A stretch of 63,360 nucleotides of DNA, filler included, from Thraustochytrium aureum (GCA_012862495.1; 6 parts of 3 records of this genome joined end to end with filler, not necessarily neighbours in it), one strand, 5' to 3'. Numbered from the whole stretch's first letter, positions 48,083 to 59,922 are shown. Notes: generated by a model from the letters alone, not told the origin. Program-made: numbers and translations.

Positions 48083-49789
48083 ATGGACACCGCCGCGGCG
48101 CAGGGCAAGCGGCTGCCGAGCCCGTCGGCCTGGAAAAGCGTCACAGACACGGCGTCTTTCGCGAGGGATCCGTGCGGGTTTCTGTCCTCCAAGTTTAAGG
48201 CCAACGGGGAGGTCTTCGCCGCGAGGGTGATGCAGTGGCCGGTGACGTTTGCCGCCTCGCACGCCGCGGTGGACGAGGTGCTCGGCGGCGCGGCCCACAA
48301 GCCGCACGAGAAACTTTCTAGCAAAGATGGGTATGCGGCATTCTCGGGCCTGCGGCTGTTTGGCGGGACCGTTCTCTTCCAGGACGGCGAAGAGCACCTG
48401 CGCGTACGCGGCGCGCTTTCGCAGAGTGACTTTTGTGACGCGCAGCAGCTGCAAGCCGCCGGAATTCCTCAAAAGGTCCGCGAGTACGTCCGGGAGCGCG
48501 TCGAGCAACTAAAGAATCTCGGAGACGGCAGCCAGGTCGACGTCGAGATGTATGCAGTCGTGAAACGGCTGTGCACTGATGTGCTCCACCAGGTTTTGCT
48601 GCAGCGCCACGGGATCAGCGTGGACAAGGACGAGTTTCGCGCACACCACTCCAAGTTTTGGAAGGGTACAGTCTCAAGCGGACTCAACGTCAACATCAAC
48701 CTCGGTTTTGGCCTGAAGAAGCGAAGCGCATTCAACGAGGCGCAGGACGCCAGGGACGAGCTGATGCGCATGTTCGCTCAAGCCGACGAGTCTGTCCAGG
48801 ACGATCCGACACGCTGCCCATTCAACCGCAAGCTGAGCGACCCGGAAGAGCGCCAGCGGCACTTGGTGATGTTTACGAGCTCGATGATCCCCAAAGCTGT
48901 GGGCAGCGTGGTCACTTCTTTCATTTTGGCCATGAGCGAGCACCCCATCGAAAGAGAGCGCCTTGTCGCCGAAGCCCGCTCTGGGGCGCCCCGGCAGCCA
49001 AAAGACCTCTTGGAATGCGCGCTGCTGGAAATCGAGCGCCTGTACCCGCCAGTGATCGGCTGCTGCCGCACGGCGAAGGAGGCGGTAAACGTGCGCGGAT
49101 TCGCCGTGCCCAAGGGCACCAAGCTGTGGTGCAGCTTTGTGACGGCCAACAGGGACCCGGCGGTCTTCCAGGACCCGCTCGCGTTTCGCCCCGCGCGCTG
49201 GCAAGGCGAGCACGCTCCTGAGCACTTTTCGTACGGCGGCTACCAGCACGGATGCCTCGGCAAGCCCTTTGCCAGGATGGTGATCCGCGAGCTTTGCGAG
49301 GCGTTGCTGGTTTCGTTCCCGTCCTGGCGAGTTCGTGGAGGGTCGGCTTACCGCTGGCTCCCTGTGGCTCGGCCAGCGGACGGCCTCCCAACGACATTGT
49401 ACTACACGCCAGGCGACACGGGCGCGGCCGCAGAATCAGCAGCTCGCGGTGCCGCCACCTCGCAAGAGGCGCAAAACGCGGTGCAGGTTGCTGCGGAGCA
49501 GCCCGTCGCTGCAGAGCAGCCCGTCGCTGCACCGCCCTTGGGCGCTCGGCCTGGGCTGCCCGAGTGCCTTGGCGCTGAGCCCCGGCCGGCCACCGAGGGG
49601 TCGTCAGAGGCCCAACCGCCTGCCGCCCCAGCCTCATGTTGCGGGGGGGCGGGCGAAGCGGGCCAGGACGCCGACGGCCCGTCAGGGGCTGCCGTTTCCG
49701 GAGACTCGCTTGCGATGGACCAGGTCGCGGCCGCGGAGGCCAACAGCGCTACGGGCCACGCGGAGCTGCAAGCAAGCATGTCTAACTAA
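48083..49789 (+). CDS. Cytochrome P450 (CYP26/CYP120-like appearance, atypical I-helix)
   Basis: EIERLYPP (ExxR), ANRDP.VF.DP..FRPARW (PERF) and FSYGGYQHGCLG (heme-binding Cys). Confidence 0.88.
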   Translation: MDTAAAQGKRLPSPSAWKSVTDTASFARDPCGFLSSKFKANGEVFAARVMQWPVTFAASHAAVDEVLGGAAHKPHEKLSSKDGYAAFSGLRLFGGTVLFQDGEEHLRVRGALSQSDFCDAQQLQAAGIPQKVREYVRERVEQLKNLGDGSQVDVEMYAVVKRLCTDVLHQVLLQRHGISVDKDEFRAHHSKFWKGTVSSGLNVNINLGFGLKKRSAFNEAQDARDELMRMFAQADESVQDDPTRCPFNRKLSDPEERQRHLVMFTSSMIPKAVGSVVTSFILAMSEHPIERERLVAEARSGAPRQPKDLLECALLEIERLYPPVIGCCRTAKEAVNVRGFAVPKGTKLWCSFVTANRDPAVFQDPLAFRPARWQGEHAPEHFSYGGYQHGCLGKPFARMVIRELCEALLVSFPSWRVRGGSAYRWLPVARPADGLPTTLYYTPGDTGAAAESAARGAATSQEAQNAVQVAAEQPVAAEQPVAAPPLGARPGLPECLGAEPRPATEGSSEAQPPAAPASCCGGAGEAGQDADGPSGAAVSGDSLAMDQVAAAEANSATGHAELQASMSN

Positions 49790-49837
49790 ACGCGTGTTGT
49801 GATACCAAGTCAGTTCTTCTCTATCTATAGATTTCCT

Positions 49838-50461
49838 TCACGTGTAGCCCTTGTTGAGCAAGAACTTGCGCGCTGCGACGTGGATGGCAAACATCTTCTC
49901 GTCAAAGTCCGTCACGAACAGAACGACCACCACGCTGGTCAAAATGGAAACGTCCGAGATGGCCGTGGTCGCTGCATAGAGCGAGGCCGTCGTGATCGCA
50001 AACAGCGAGACCGAAATGTGCACCAAGCCGATCACAAAGTACTTCTTGCGAAGGAATACAATGCCTTTCATAAAGTCTGGCAAAAGGAAAGTGATGGCGA
50101 TGATGATTCCAGTGGCAATTCCAATCGTGGACACCTGCTGGCTTTGCACAATGGTGGGCGTCCCGTTCACGTTCTCCACGATGCCTCCGCTCAAGGTGCA
50201 GTCATCGCTGTTCTGGACTCCGCACTTGAACGCTTCGTATGAGAACGTGTAGAAGCAGAAAAACTGGAACAGCACTGTGGCTATTCCAATGACCCAGCCT
50301 TCCCAGAACACGAACTGAAACTGCAGGAACGCGTAGACCGTTTCGCCGGAGATATCAATCACCTCATCCCAGCACGCCTTGCCGTCGCGCGCCGCCTTCA
50401 CCTCCGTCCCGGCCGACTCCTCGATCGCTGGCGCCACGTCCCCGGACTCGGTGTCCGACAT
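49838..50461 (-). CDS. Small multi-pass membrane protein of unknown function
   Basis: About four hydrophobic segments and a loop with a Cys pair; ends VVVLFVTDFDEKMF. Coding-like codon usage. Confidence 0.65.
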   Translation of the reverse strand: MSDTESGDVAPAIEESAGTEVKAARDGKACWDEVIDISGETVYAFLQFQFVFWEGWVIGIATVLFQFFCFYTFSYEAFKCGVQNSDDCTLSGGIVENVNGTPTIVQSQQVSTIGIATGIIIAITFLLPDFMKGIVFLRKKYFVIGLVHISVSLFAITTASLYAATTAISDVSILTSVVVVLFVTDFDEKMFAIHVAARKFLLNKGYT

Positions 50462-52076
50462 TTCCCTTGCAACAACGACGAGATCTCTCGCAGTTCGTCT
50501 CAACAGTTGCGGCACTGCCCGCTGCAGGGGCAGCTGATCCGATCTGACATTCAGTGAGTGGCTCGTCTGGGCGAGAATGCGGTGCCTTGACACGGTGCAC
50601 ACCATCCTGCCAGATTTGCAACTCGAGAAGCGAGGCGAGATGCTCTCTATGTTCGTGCCCATGCAGGGCAGAAAGCGGCCATTGACTTTGCAGCATTTTT
50701 ATGATGCTCAGTTCACCCGCGGCGCCCTGGTGCGAAGAGTACTGTGCTAACTTGCCCCCCTGCTCCGAATGCACGCAGCTGACACCCGTCAGACATGACG
50801 ACAGACTGACCACCAAGGAGGATCCCCTTGCCTCTTGCTGACCACTGTCATCAGCGCGACGAGCTTTTCCTTCACAACGCCAAGTCGCCCCGCAAGCGCT
50901 TTCCAGCTCGGGCGCTCTGGCTCTCGCCGCTCGCCCAGCGCGCGCCGCGTTTTCGACCCCAGCGGCAGATCGAGCTGAGCTGCGAGCAGCGGCAGATCCA
51001 ACTCGCACTTGATTGCAGCCTGCCCAAGCCATGGCTGGCAAACGCGCAGCAGAGCTCGATGAAGTGGCTCTTCGCGCAAGCCGGCTCGCTGCGAGCGGGC
51101 GATTCCTGCATTCCTGCCTTCCTGGAGGTGGGAATCGCTCCGCNNNNNNNNNNNNNNNNNNNNNNNNNNNNNNNNNNNNNNNNNNNNNNNNNNNNNNNNN
51201 NNNNNNNNNNNNNNNNNNNNNNNNNNNNNNNNNNNNNNNNNNNNNNNNNNNNNNNNNNNNNNNNNNNNNNNNNNNNNNNNNNNNNNNNNNNNNNNNNNNN
51301 NNNNNNNNNNNNNNNNNNNNNNNNNNNNNNNNNNNNNNNNNNNNNNNNNNNNNNNNNNNNNNNNNNNNNNNNNNNNNNNNNNNNNNNNNNNNNNNNNNNN
51401 NNNNNNNNNNNNNNNNNNNNNNNNNNNNNNNNNNNNNNNNNNNNNNNNNNNNNNNNNNNNNNNNNNNNNNNNNNNNNNNNNNNNNNNNNNNNNNNNNNNN
51501 NNNNNNNNNNNNNNNNNNNNNGAAAGGCCTTGGCTCTTGCTCAAGTGCTCGCCTTTGACGCACACCGGCAGGCCGGCACGGCACGTCCTTGCTGGAAGGA
51601 TGATCTGGTTCTGGGCAAGTCCATCAAAGAAGAGCACCTCAGCGACCACGACGGACCATCATCACGGCCTCGTTGCTCGCTCCAAGTCGTTGGTAGTAAT
51701 CTTGTCACCAGATGCGACTGGCCCACGCCGAGTTTCGCACCCGCCGCGGCATGCACGAGTGTGCGTTGGCTCCACCTCGCGCGGCACAGTGAGCGAGACC
51801 TCGCCGACTGCCGGTGCCACGTCGAAGCCGCCGTGGGGGCCCAGATCTGACTCGGGTCTCCTCGGACAAACTCTCCTGTCTTGCGTGATCTTGAAAGTCA
51901 AGCAGCGCATCGCGCTAACGGATCTGTTGGTACGTGGCCGATTCCAGTTGGCGCGGCACATTGGCGCGGGGCTCGAGCAGGTCGACGAGCCCACGGTCCC
52001 ACGATCACCAACAACAGGAGAAGAGGCCGCGCGACGAGTCGCTCCATCGGTCCCATATCGACGAAGACCGGCAGCC

Positions 52077-53308
52077 ATGGGCAGGCTGCAGGCCCTCGGG
52101 CGCAAGGTCGGGCTTGCAAGGGTTTTCGGGCGACGGCCAAAGGCTCCTCGAAGCCAAAGCAGCGATGCGGCCGGCGAGATGCCCAAGGAGGGGCGGGCCA
52201 AAGCGGAGGGCGCACCAGCGCTGCCGTTGAACGCGGCGGTCGCGGCCAGCCCGCGAGACCCGATTCCGCAACAAGTTCGGGAGGTCGAGCTCGCTGGCGT
52301 TCTGGACGCCGTGAAAGCAATCGAAAAGACGCGGCGCGCCATAAAAAACCTGGAACGCGGCATGCTTCCCTCGCACGGGAGCGAAGACCTTGGCGAGCAA
52401 GCGACTGCGCTCAAAAAGCTGGAGCTTGTCAACGACAAGTTGCGCCAGTTCGAGACCAATCTGCACGAGCGCTTCCGCGCGTCGCCAGGGGGCCTGGGCG
52501 AGTACCGGCGGCTCATGCAGGCGAAAACGCTCGAGTTTCGCGGGATCCTTCAGGCAGAGCGCCGCCGCGAAGCAGAGATGCTCGCCGAGGCAACGGCCAA
52601 GGCCGGCCACGACCATCTTCGCGACGCGATGGGCAACCTGCGCCCGTTTGCCAAGGCCAAATTTCTTCAGCTTGTGGTCACAGCGCAGGCCAGGTACCGA
52701 GGGCACCTTGCGAGACGGGCCTTCCTGGCGACGGTCCGGGCAGCGCGGCTCGTGCAGCGAGCGTTTCGGTCCTCCAGGCGCGTACGTGCTGCCAAACAAA
52801 TCCAAAAGGTGGCGCGCCAGCACGCCGGAGTGGCAGAGGCAGCCAAGCGCAAGCGCGCCATCTTGCAGATACAGCGCCAGTTCCGCCACCGGCGCCTTTT
52901 GCGCACGCGGCGCCGTGCGGTGGCTCACTCGCGCATGACGATGGGCTTGCGCGAGCGCGCAGCGCTGCGCCTTTGGCGGACGCGACTTTTCTCCATGGCT
53001 TTTCGAGCGTGGAAGCAGCAGTTGAGCGCGAGCAAGGCGGCCCGGGCGGTGCTTCAGCGGTGCGTGGATCGCTACTTTCTAGCCGGAATACACTACGCCT
53101 TCAAGCTCTGGTGGATTGCAACGCGCCGGACCTTTGAGGCCCGGAACATCCGCGGCGCGACTGTCCTCGTCCAGAGCAGGGGCGCTGCGATGCCGTGCAT
53201 TCGTCTTTACAAGGACCACTTTGTGCGTTCTCCGCGTCAAGGCGCAAGTGGCTGCTCGACCGACGCGCCACGCGCGATCAACTGGCTCGACGCGCGCCTA
53301 CTGAGCCG
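52077..53308 (+). CDS. Coiled-coil and IQ-motif protein with Sfi1-like W repeats, 3' truncated
   Basis: AQARYRGHLARR, VQRAFR, IQKVAR and IQRQFR IQ-like motifs, then LFSMAFRAW and IHYAFKLW. Confidence 0.6.
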
Positions 53309-53352
53309 NNNNNNNNNNNNNNNNNNNNNNNNNNNNNNNNNNNNNNNNNNNN

Positions 53353-53364
53353 TTAATTAATTAA
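53353..53364. other. Artificial scaffold linker
   Basis: TTAATTAATTAA within Ns. Confidence 0.95.
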
Positions 53365-53890
53365 NNNNNNNNNNNNNNNNNNNNNNNNNNNNNNNNNNNN
53401 NNNNNNNNAGCCGACGCACGACGCGTCGCATCACATGGTGCGACTGACGGTCGCTAAAAGGTGCTTCGTTCGCTTGGCAGGCGCACCAGCCAGGGCCACT
53501 GGTGCCACACTAGTCAGGTTTGCCGAGCTCGAGCCAGCCAGGGCGACTGGGCTTTGGACGGAGGGCCTGCCGCTTTCCAAGTCTGATGCGCCGACGGGGC
53601 CGAGGTAGTTGCTTCAAGTGCGTTGCGTGCGGCCCTGGGCTCAGTAGTGGTTCAAGCTTGCGGCGCCGGCGCGCACGGCCGAAGCGGTCGAGCCGGCTAG
53701 CTGGCGGCGACGTTGCCCCGCCTCGCTCGCCCAGGCAGAAACCAACTCTTTTTTTCGTTTGCAAGAATGAATGATGTGCACTTTGCGCTTCAACTAAAAC
53801 GAGGGGAGAGCACTGCGCCAGGCAGTCTCAAGCTTGCGGCGAGACTCCCCGCCCCGCTGACCGGACCAAACTGCGCTGCAGCGCGTTCGC

Positions 53891-54375
53891 TTACTTGTTG
53901 GGGTTGTACAGCTTGAAGTGGCAGTCCAGCTCGGGCACGAAGTGCACGCCCTTGTCGCTGATCTCAAACCAGATCGGCCCGTCCTGGCCCTTGGGGACCT
54001 GACCAAAGAAACGCTCTCCCGTCAGCCACACACGAATCCCATGTATGCACTAGAGCAACGAGACAAGCGCGGCGCGAAACTCACCATGCCAACAGCGCGC
54101 GTGTGAAGCTCCGAGGGAACAAGCACCGGGTTCGCAAACGTGCCTTGGCCGCTGACCATCTGGATTGGCTGGCGGTTAAAGTACTCCCTCCCTTCAGCAA
54201 AGGCCTTGAGCTCCTCGCGCTCGCGGCCGGTGGCCTGCTCGGCATCATCGGCGATCTCGCCAGCCTTGCCGCCAGGTCCCTGGTTCAGGGGCGGCTGCAC
54301 ATACCCGCCAAACGCGCGCACCTGCATGCGAGCATTCAGGCGCACCGCCGAGAAGACGCCACGTGTGAGCGACAT
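53891..54375 (-). CDS. COX5B: Cytochrome c oxidase subunit 5B, 2 exons
   Basis: Mitochondrial-like presequence, then DDAEQATGREREEL, GTFANPVLVPS..R.VG|..IWF..HFKL. Intron 53999-54084 (GTGAGT..CAG). Confidence 0.85.
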
Positions 54376-54797
54376 GCTCAAGCCCAAGCCGTTCCAAAAA
54401 CCGCGTCCACCTGCGCTCGCCACCTCTCCGCGTCAGCCCGCCGCACTCCAACTCCGTCGCGCGCAAACCAAGCACCAAAAAGCGCGCGCCAGCGCCCCCC
54501 AAGCCCGCAGGCCACGGTCCGCGCGGCACCTCGCCGCGCCCGATCCCCGCCCATCCACCACCGCCCATCTCCGCGCGCATCCTCCAGCCCCGCATCGCCG
54601 CACGCACCTCCGCCATCCACCCCACGGCCACCCCAGCCGCTCGCAGCCACAACAACCACCCCAAGCAGGGCGTGCGTGCTGCCTGGCGGGCATCCATACC
54701 CCGAGCACCAAACCCCCGCAACCAGCCGCAACCAAACCCGCGCCCCAGCCAGCCAGCCAGCAGCCAGCCAGCTCACGCGTCGCGCAGCCGCAACCTA

Positions 54798-54833
<36 letters not shown>

Positions 54834-55063
54834 CTGCTCGCTGCTTGCTCTGCCTGCCTGCCTTCGCGCTCTNNNNNNNNNNNNNNNNNNNNNNNNNNNN
54901 NNNNNNNNNNNNNNNNNNNNNNNNNNNNNNNNNNNNNNNNNNNNNNNNNNNNNNNNNNNNNNNNNNNNNNNNNNNNNNNNNNNNNNNNNNNNNNNNNNNN
55001 NNNNNNNNNNNNNNNNNNNNTCTCTCTCGCTCGTCTGCTTGCTCTGATGATAGTACTCGTATG

Positions 55064-55099
<36 letters not shown>

Positions 55100-55830
55100 C
55101 TTATGTGAGTATTAGGTGAGTGTTAGGAGATAGGTGGAGCTGATGTGATTGATGAGTGGAGTGACATTTGCTATGCATGCGAGTGCGCCGGGTCCGGTTG
55201 CCGCGCCACCTCCTCGTCCGTCTGTCTGCCGCACAGCCGCGCCGGGGGAATCGCGGCCGCGTACACCAGGTCCTGCGCGTGGATGCACCGTGCGACCGCC
55301 CGGAAGGCACAGGACGCGGCGGGACTGCGGCGGAGGGGAGAGGGGGAGGGTACCGGACAAGGCGCATGGGCCCCGCCAACGCGCCGCAGGGTCGAGGGGA
55401 ACCTGACTGAACGGTTAGGGTAGGCGGTGGAGGTGCGCTGGCGAGAGGGAGGAACGCGGCGCGCACCTTGGCCACACAAGGGAAACCCGCAGGTGTGCGC
55501 AACACTGGAGAACCCGCAGGTGTGCGCGACGCGGGAGCTGATTTTAACAACGGAAAACGGTGTGCGCTGGGAGCAGCAAGGGGAGGAACGCGTCGTCCGT
55601 GGGTGTGCGCAAACGGGGAAAGCAGGCCCGGGCCGGTTGAGGGGAACGCGGTGTGCGCGGTGTGGGTGGAGCAGGGCAATGCGGAAGGAGGAAGAGGCGG
55701 GCGCGGGCAGAGCGGTGCGGAGAGGGGGAACGGCCTGCGGCGGAGGGGTTTGCTGCGCGGCGCCGGCGCGCTTCAGGTATTCACCGCTAGAGGCTGTCGG
55801 CCTTGCTGCGGCCGCTCGCGGAGGCGCGGG

Positions 55831-57360
55831 ATGTGGAACTCGGCCAAGATTTGGAGATGTGGCGCGACGGTGGCCAGGCACGGCGCCACCGGCGGCCTCG
55901 CGGCGGCGCTGCAACCGCGTTGGTCCGCTACGAGCGGCAGGTGGACGAGGGCGCTGGCGGTCCGCGCTGGGGAGGGCGGCCTGGAGGCTGGCGAGCGGAA
56001 GGAGCCGAAGCCCGTGGTGTTGAAACATCCGCCCAAGGGGTTTGCGCGACCGGTGAACCACGTGGTCAAGAAGGCGCCCAGAAACGAGAGAAAGCCCGTT
56101 CCGTTCTCGCCCGAGCAAGTCTTTCCCGCTCTGCTCTTGCTGTCGCGAAAAAACCCGTTGAGCCGCAGCGAGATGCGCCAGTTCATCAAGACGCGCGGAA
56201 GTCTGTTCTCCAAGAAGGCGCTGGCGTTCGCCTGGGTCATCGTCGGGCGCTTGCGCAGTCCGAAAGGCGTGACTGACGGCTTGCTCCAGGAAACCCTGGA
56301 TCTGACGATCGCTCGCTTGGACAAGCTTGACGTTGCAGCCGTGTCCAGTGCTCTGGGCGTCTGCGCCAAACAGAACTGAAGCTGTCACCGCACACCAAGC
56401 TGCTTTTCGCGACCTTTCTAGGGGTCAACGCCAGGAAAATGAGCCGTACGGACCTGGTCGACATCCTGGAGAGCTGCAGCAACTTGGGCATTGTCGTCGA
56501 CGAGGGCCTCGGTGAAATTCTCTCCGAGAGGGTCAGCGAGGATCTCGACGAGTGCACCTGGAACCAGGCATCTCGGCTCTGCTACGCCCTAGCACAGCTA
56601 GAGGTCCCGCTGAGCCCTTCTCTGCAGGTACAAATATCAAAGTTTGTCAAGAGCGCGAAGCGGCCAGCTAAGGAATCCAACTTGCGCAAGTTGGTGCTCG
56701 CACTTGGGATTTGGGACTCGCCAGTGTCGCAGAAAACGGTGCAAGCGCTTCTGAAGCTCTCGGCAAAGGCCAAGCTCCTCGAGACGAGTGACGTCGTCGG
56801 CGTCGTTTCCAGCCTGCAGATTGAAAGCCCTTTGCCGCACCGAGGTAGCGGCGCCGCGTCCAAGGCGAGTGCCGCAAAGTCGGCCGACGACGCGGTGTCG
56901 AGCGCGGCGGAAGCGCTACCGCAGTCGGCGGAGGAGCCGGCCTCGCCAAGCTCTGGGGCAGCGGGAGTGGCCACAAGCATCTCCATGGAGACCTCGGAGA
57001 CTGGCCAGGTCGAAGGGAGCACAAGCACTGAGGCGCCCGGCGGCAGCGTTGCTGCTAGCGAAGGGGTCCCTGGGCTGTCGCTTGAGGCCGCTGGCACAGT
57101 GCCGGACAACGCTCTGCTCGATAGCAGGGGAAGCAGGGCAGGGCGCAGAGTCGGTGCCCGCTGCAACGAACACGGTCGAACAGGCGCTGACTTCGGCCCC
57201 GGACAGCGCTGTGCGCGATAGCAGGAAAGCAGAGCAGGACGCAGAGTCGGCGCCAGCTGCAGCGAACACGCTCCAACCGGCGCTGACTTCGGCGGAAATG
57301 GCGGCGGCCGCCGACGCAGAGGTCGCCAAGCGCGCGGAGTCAGACTCTCAAATCCGGTAG
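55831..57360 (+). CDS. Putative mitochondria-targeted helical-repeat protein (FASTK/OPR-like, tentative)
   Basis: Arg-rich, acid-free N-terminus and helical units of about 35-38 aa. Three ORFs join through single-base errors at A3 (56368-56370) and G4 (57127-57130); the second fix is supported by an internal tandem duplication. Confidence 0.5.
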
Positions 57361-57454
57361 AGTAAGTACATACAGATTTACAGAAACTGTGCTCGGCCTG
57401 AGCAGAGTGCTTTCACGCAACAACCGCTTTCGATGCCGGCAAGCCGCCACCCGG

Positions 57455-59822
57455 TCAAATCCCGGCGTCAAAAGTCCGGACGCGCTCTCGAATGCGGCCC
57501 CTGCACACCGGGCAGGTCGAAATGCGCATGTCACAGGTCGGGCACACGCTGCGGTGCCCGCACGGCACGTAGCAGACGGCGATAGGCCGCATCATGCACA
57601 CGACGCACTTTGGAAGCGACAAATCCGGGTCGCGGCCGCGCCTGGCGCGGGCACGTTGCCGGTGCAGGGCGTCCCGCACACGCTCACGCTTGATGTCAAT
57701 CTTGCGCAAACTAGCATCAAACCGGTTCAAAATATTCGCCACCCCGACCTCCCACTGCGCCGTCTGCTGCGAGGCGGTGAGCATGGCGGCTCGAATCGTG
57801 CGCGCCTGCTGCTCCAACTGGGAGCGCCGCGACGCCTCGTCCTGCAGTAGGCTTTGCAGCCTGTAGGCTTCGTTTTCTGCGCCGGCGAGCTGGCTCGACA
57901 TTGTCCTCGCAGCAACGGCGAGTCGCTCCCGCCCAATCTTTTCTTGGTCTACAGCCTGCGAAAGCGACTGGGCTTGCGCGGCGGCGACTTCGCGGAGCTC
58001 CTCGGCCACAGCAAGTCGCGCGGCAAGGTCTTCGAGGCTGAGGTGCAGCTGCTCCGCCTCCTGGGTTTTGGTCGAGTTCTCCAAGCAAAGCCGCGCCACG
58101 GTGGCTTCAAGCTTTCGGATCGAGCCGAACAAGCCATCGACCTTGTCTGTCTTGTCCCGCTCCATGGCCCCGACGGCACACTGAAGGCCCTGCACAGTCC
58201 CGATAAGAGATGCGATTTGATCGAACAAAGCGGCGTTGGGCTGGCCCGTTGCTCCAGGTCGGGGCAGCCGCCTCACTCGGGGCGAGTAGCTCGTCGGCAT
58301 CGGCGCTCGCGGCTCGGGCGCGCTCGCCCGCCGGGCCGCATGACGGCGCTGGGTCCTCGCCCTTTGCCACTGTGAGCGATTCTGCGCAGGCCGACATGCT
58401 TTCGGAACAGCACTAGCCTGAGTGCTCTGCGGCGCAGGCATCGCCCTGCCAGAGCCGCCTTTCAGGTTGCGCGCCGCCGTCACCTGCNNNNNNNNNNNNN
58501 NNNNNNNNNNNNNNNNNNNNNNNNNNNNNNNNNNNNNNNNNNNNNNNNNNNNNNNNNNNNNNNNNNNNNNNNNNNNNNNNNNNNNNNNNNNNNNNNNNNN
58601 NNNNNNNNNNNNNNNNNNNNNNNNNNNNNNNNNNNNNNNNNNNNNNNNNNNNNNNNNNNNNNNNNNNNNNNNNNNNNNNNNNNNNNNNNNNGTCACCTGC
58701 ATCGGCGCTAGCAGGCCCGCCCTCAGCACTGCTGCTGGGCGTGGTCCTCCGACCACAGAGCCCGTCAAGATCTGCTTGCAGCGCGTTCGATTGTGCGTGC
58801 ATTTCAGCGCTGGCGGGCTCCGGCGACCGTGCGACGCGGCGCTTGGGGCCAACGAGGCCAAGGTCCTCGTCGAGCTCTGCATCAGAACCGGAATCGGCTG
58901 AGCGCGAGCGTTTGCTCCGCGGCGAGTTTCACCCGCTGGGGCGCCCTCGCTGCCTTGCACGTCCGCGCCATGCTCCATGTCAGCCGTCTCGACGACGCTC
59001 GGCACCGCCGATTTTATCGAGGGGGATAAACACTCTGTCGAAACCTTTGCTGGCTCCTGCGAGACGAGTGTCTGACGGCGAAGCTGGCTTGTTTAGCACC
59101 GTCCTCCGCACACTGGCCCTGTGCGGCTTCGTCGGCGTCCTCCAGCTGCTCGGAATTCGTTTCCACGTCGCTTGAGACCAAGCCAGCGCCGTTCCTCACC
59201 GGGCCGCTGCCCGCCTCGCCCAGGTCGCGTTCCACATCGCACGTGTTGCCCGCCTTGGTCGCGTTCGTCGCAAGGAGCGAACACGAGTCTGTGTTGCTTC
59301 GCCGCGTGACAACTTGTGCGTGGGGCTCCGAGTTCGCAGTGCCAGGCTCGCTTTCGCTGTCGCTGATGACGATAACTTCTGCTTCGCGTTGTGTTGCGGC
59401 TGCGCTGGCGGGCCGCTCCCTGCCGTCCGGGCTGTCTTGCGTTGCTGCGCGCTGAAGCGGCTCACAGTCGGCTATGGCAGCTTCAGGGGCACCATCCTGC
59501 TGGGGTTCCTCCGCACTTGCCCCGGCTGTGCGCGAACCAAAAGGTAGGGACTGCTCCTGTTGCGCTGCAGCCACGGAGCACTCCAGGACCGCACTGTGCG
59601 ACGCGGATGCGAGCACCTTTCCCTCGTTTGGCGGCGCTGGGGGTGCGCTCGGCTCTGCAAGTTCGGCGGGCCCAAACGACCCTCCAACCGTGCCCGCGGC
59701 AAATTGGAAGCGTTCACAACTGGACGTGCGCGGGCGAGAAACCTTGCCGAATTGGTGCACTTGGTCGTCGATCTCAAACGACATTCTCCGGGATCCCACC
59801 GCGTGGGTCACCCGCGCTAGGT
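57455..59822 (-). CDS. Coiled coil plus C-terminal IAP/LRSAM-type C3HC4 RING (E3 ligase); long disordered N-terminus, 5' truncated
   Basis: CVVC...PCGHRSVCPTC...CPVCRGRI. Upstream ORFs are interrupted by a gap and a probable frameshift near 59010. Confidence 0.75.
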
Positions 59823-59866
59823 NNNNNNNNNNNNNNNNNNNNNNNNNNNNNNNNNNNNNNNNNNNN

Positions 59867-59878
59867 TTAATTAATTAA
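59867..59878. other. Artificial scaffold linker
   Basis: TTAATTAATTAA within Ns. Confidence 0.95.
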
Positions 59879-59922
59879 NNNNNNNNNNNNNNNNNNNNNN
59901 NNNNNNNNNNNNNNNNNNNNNN

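Noticed and set aside
50789..51850. Gap-spanning ORFs on both strands
   Set aside because: No motif is recognisable and the strand cannot be decided.
22092..59878. TTAATTAATTAA palindromes as biological elements (e.g. piggyBac TTAA sites)
   Set aside because: All five are identical and centred in equal N pads, so they are an assembly linker with stops in six frames.
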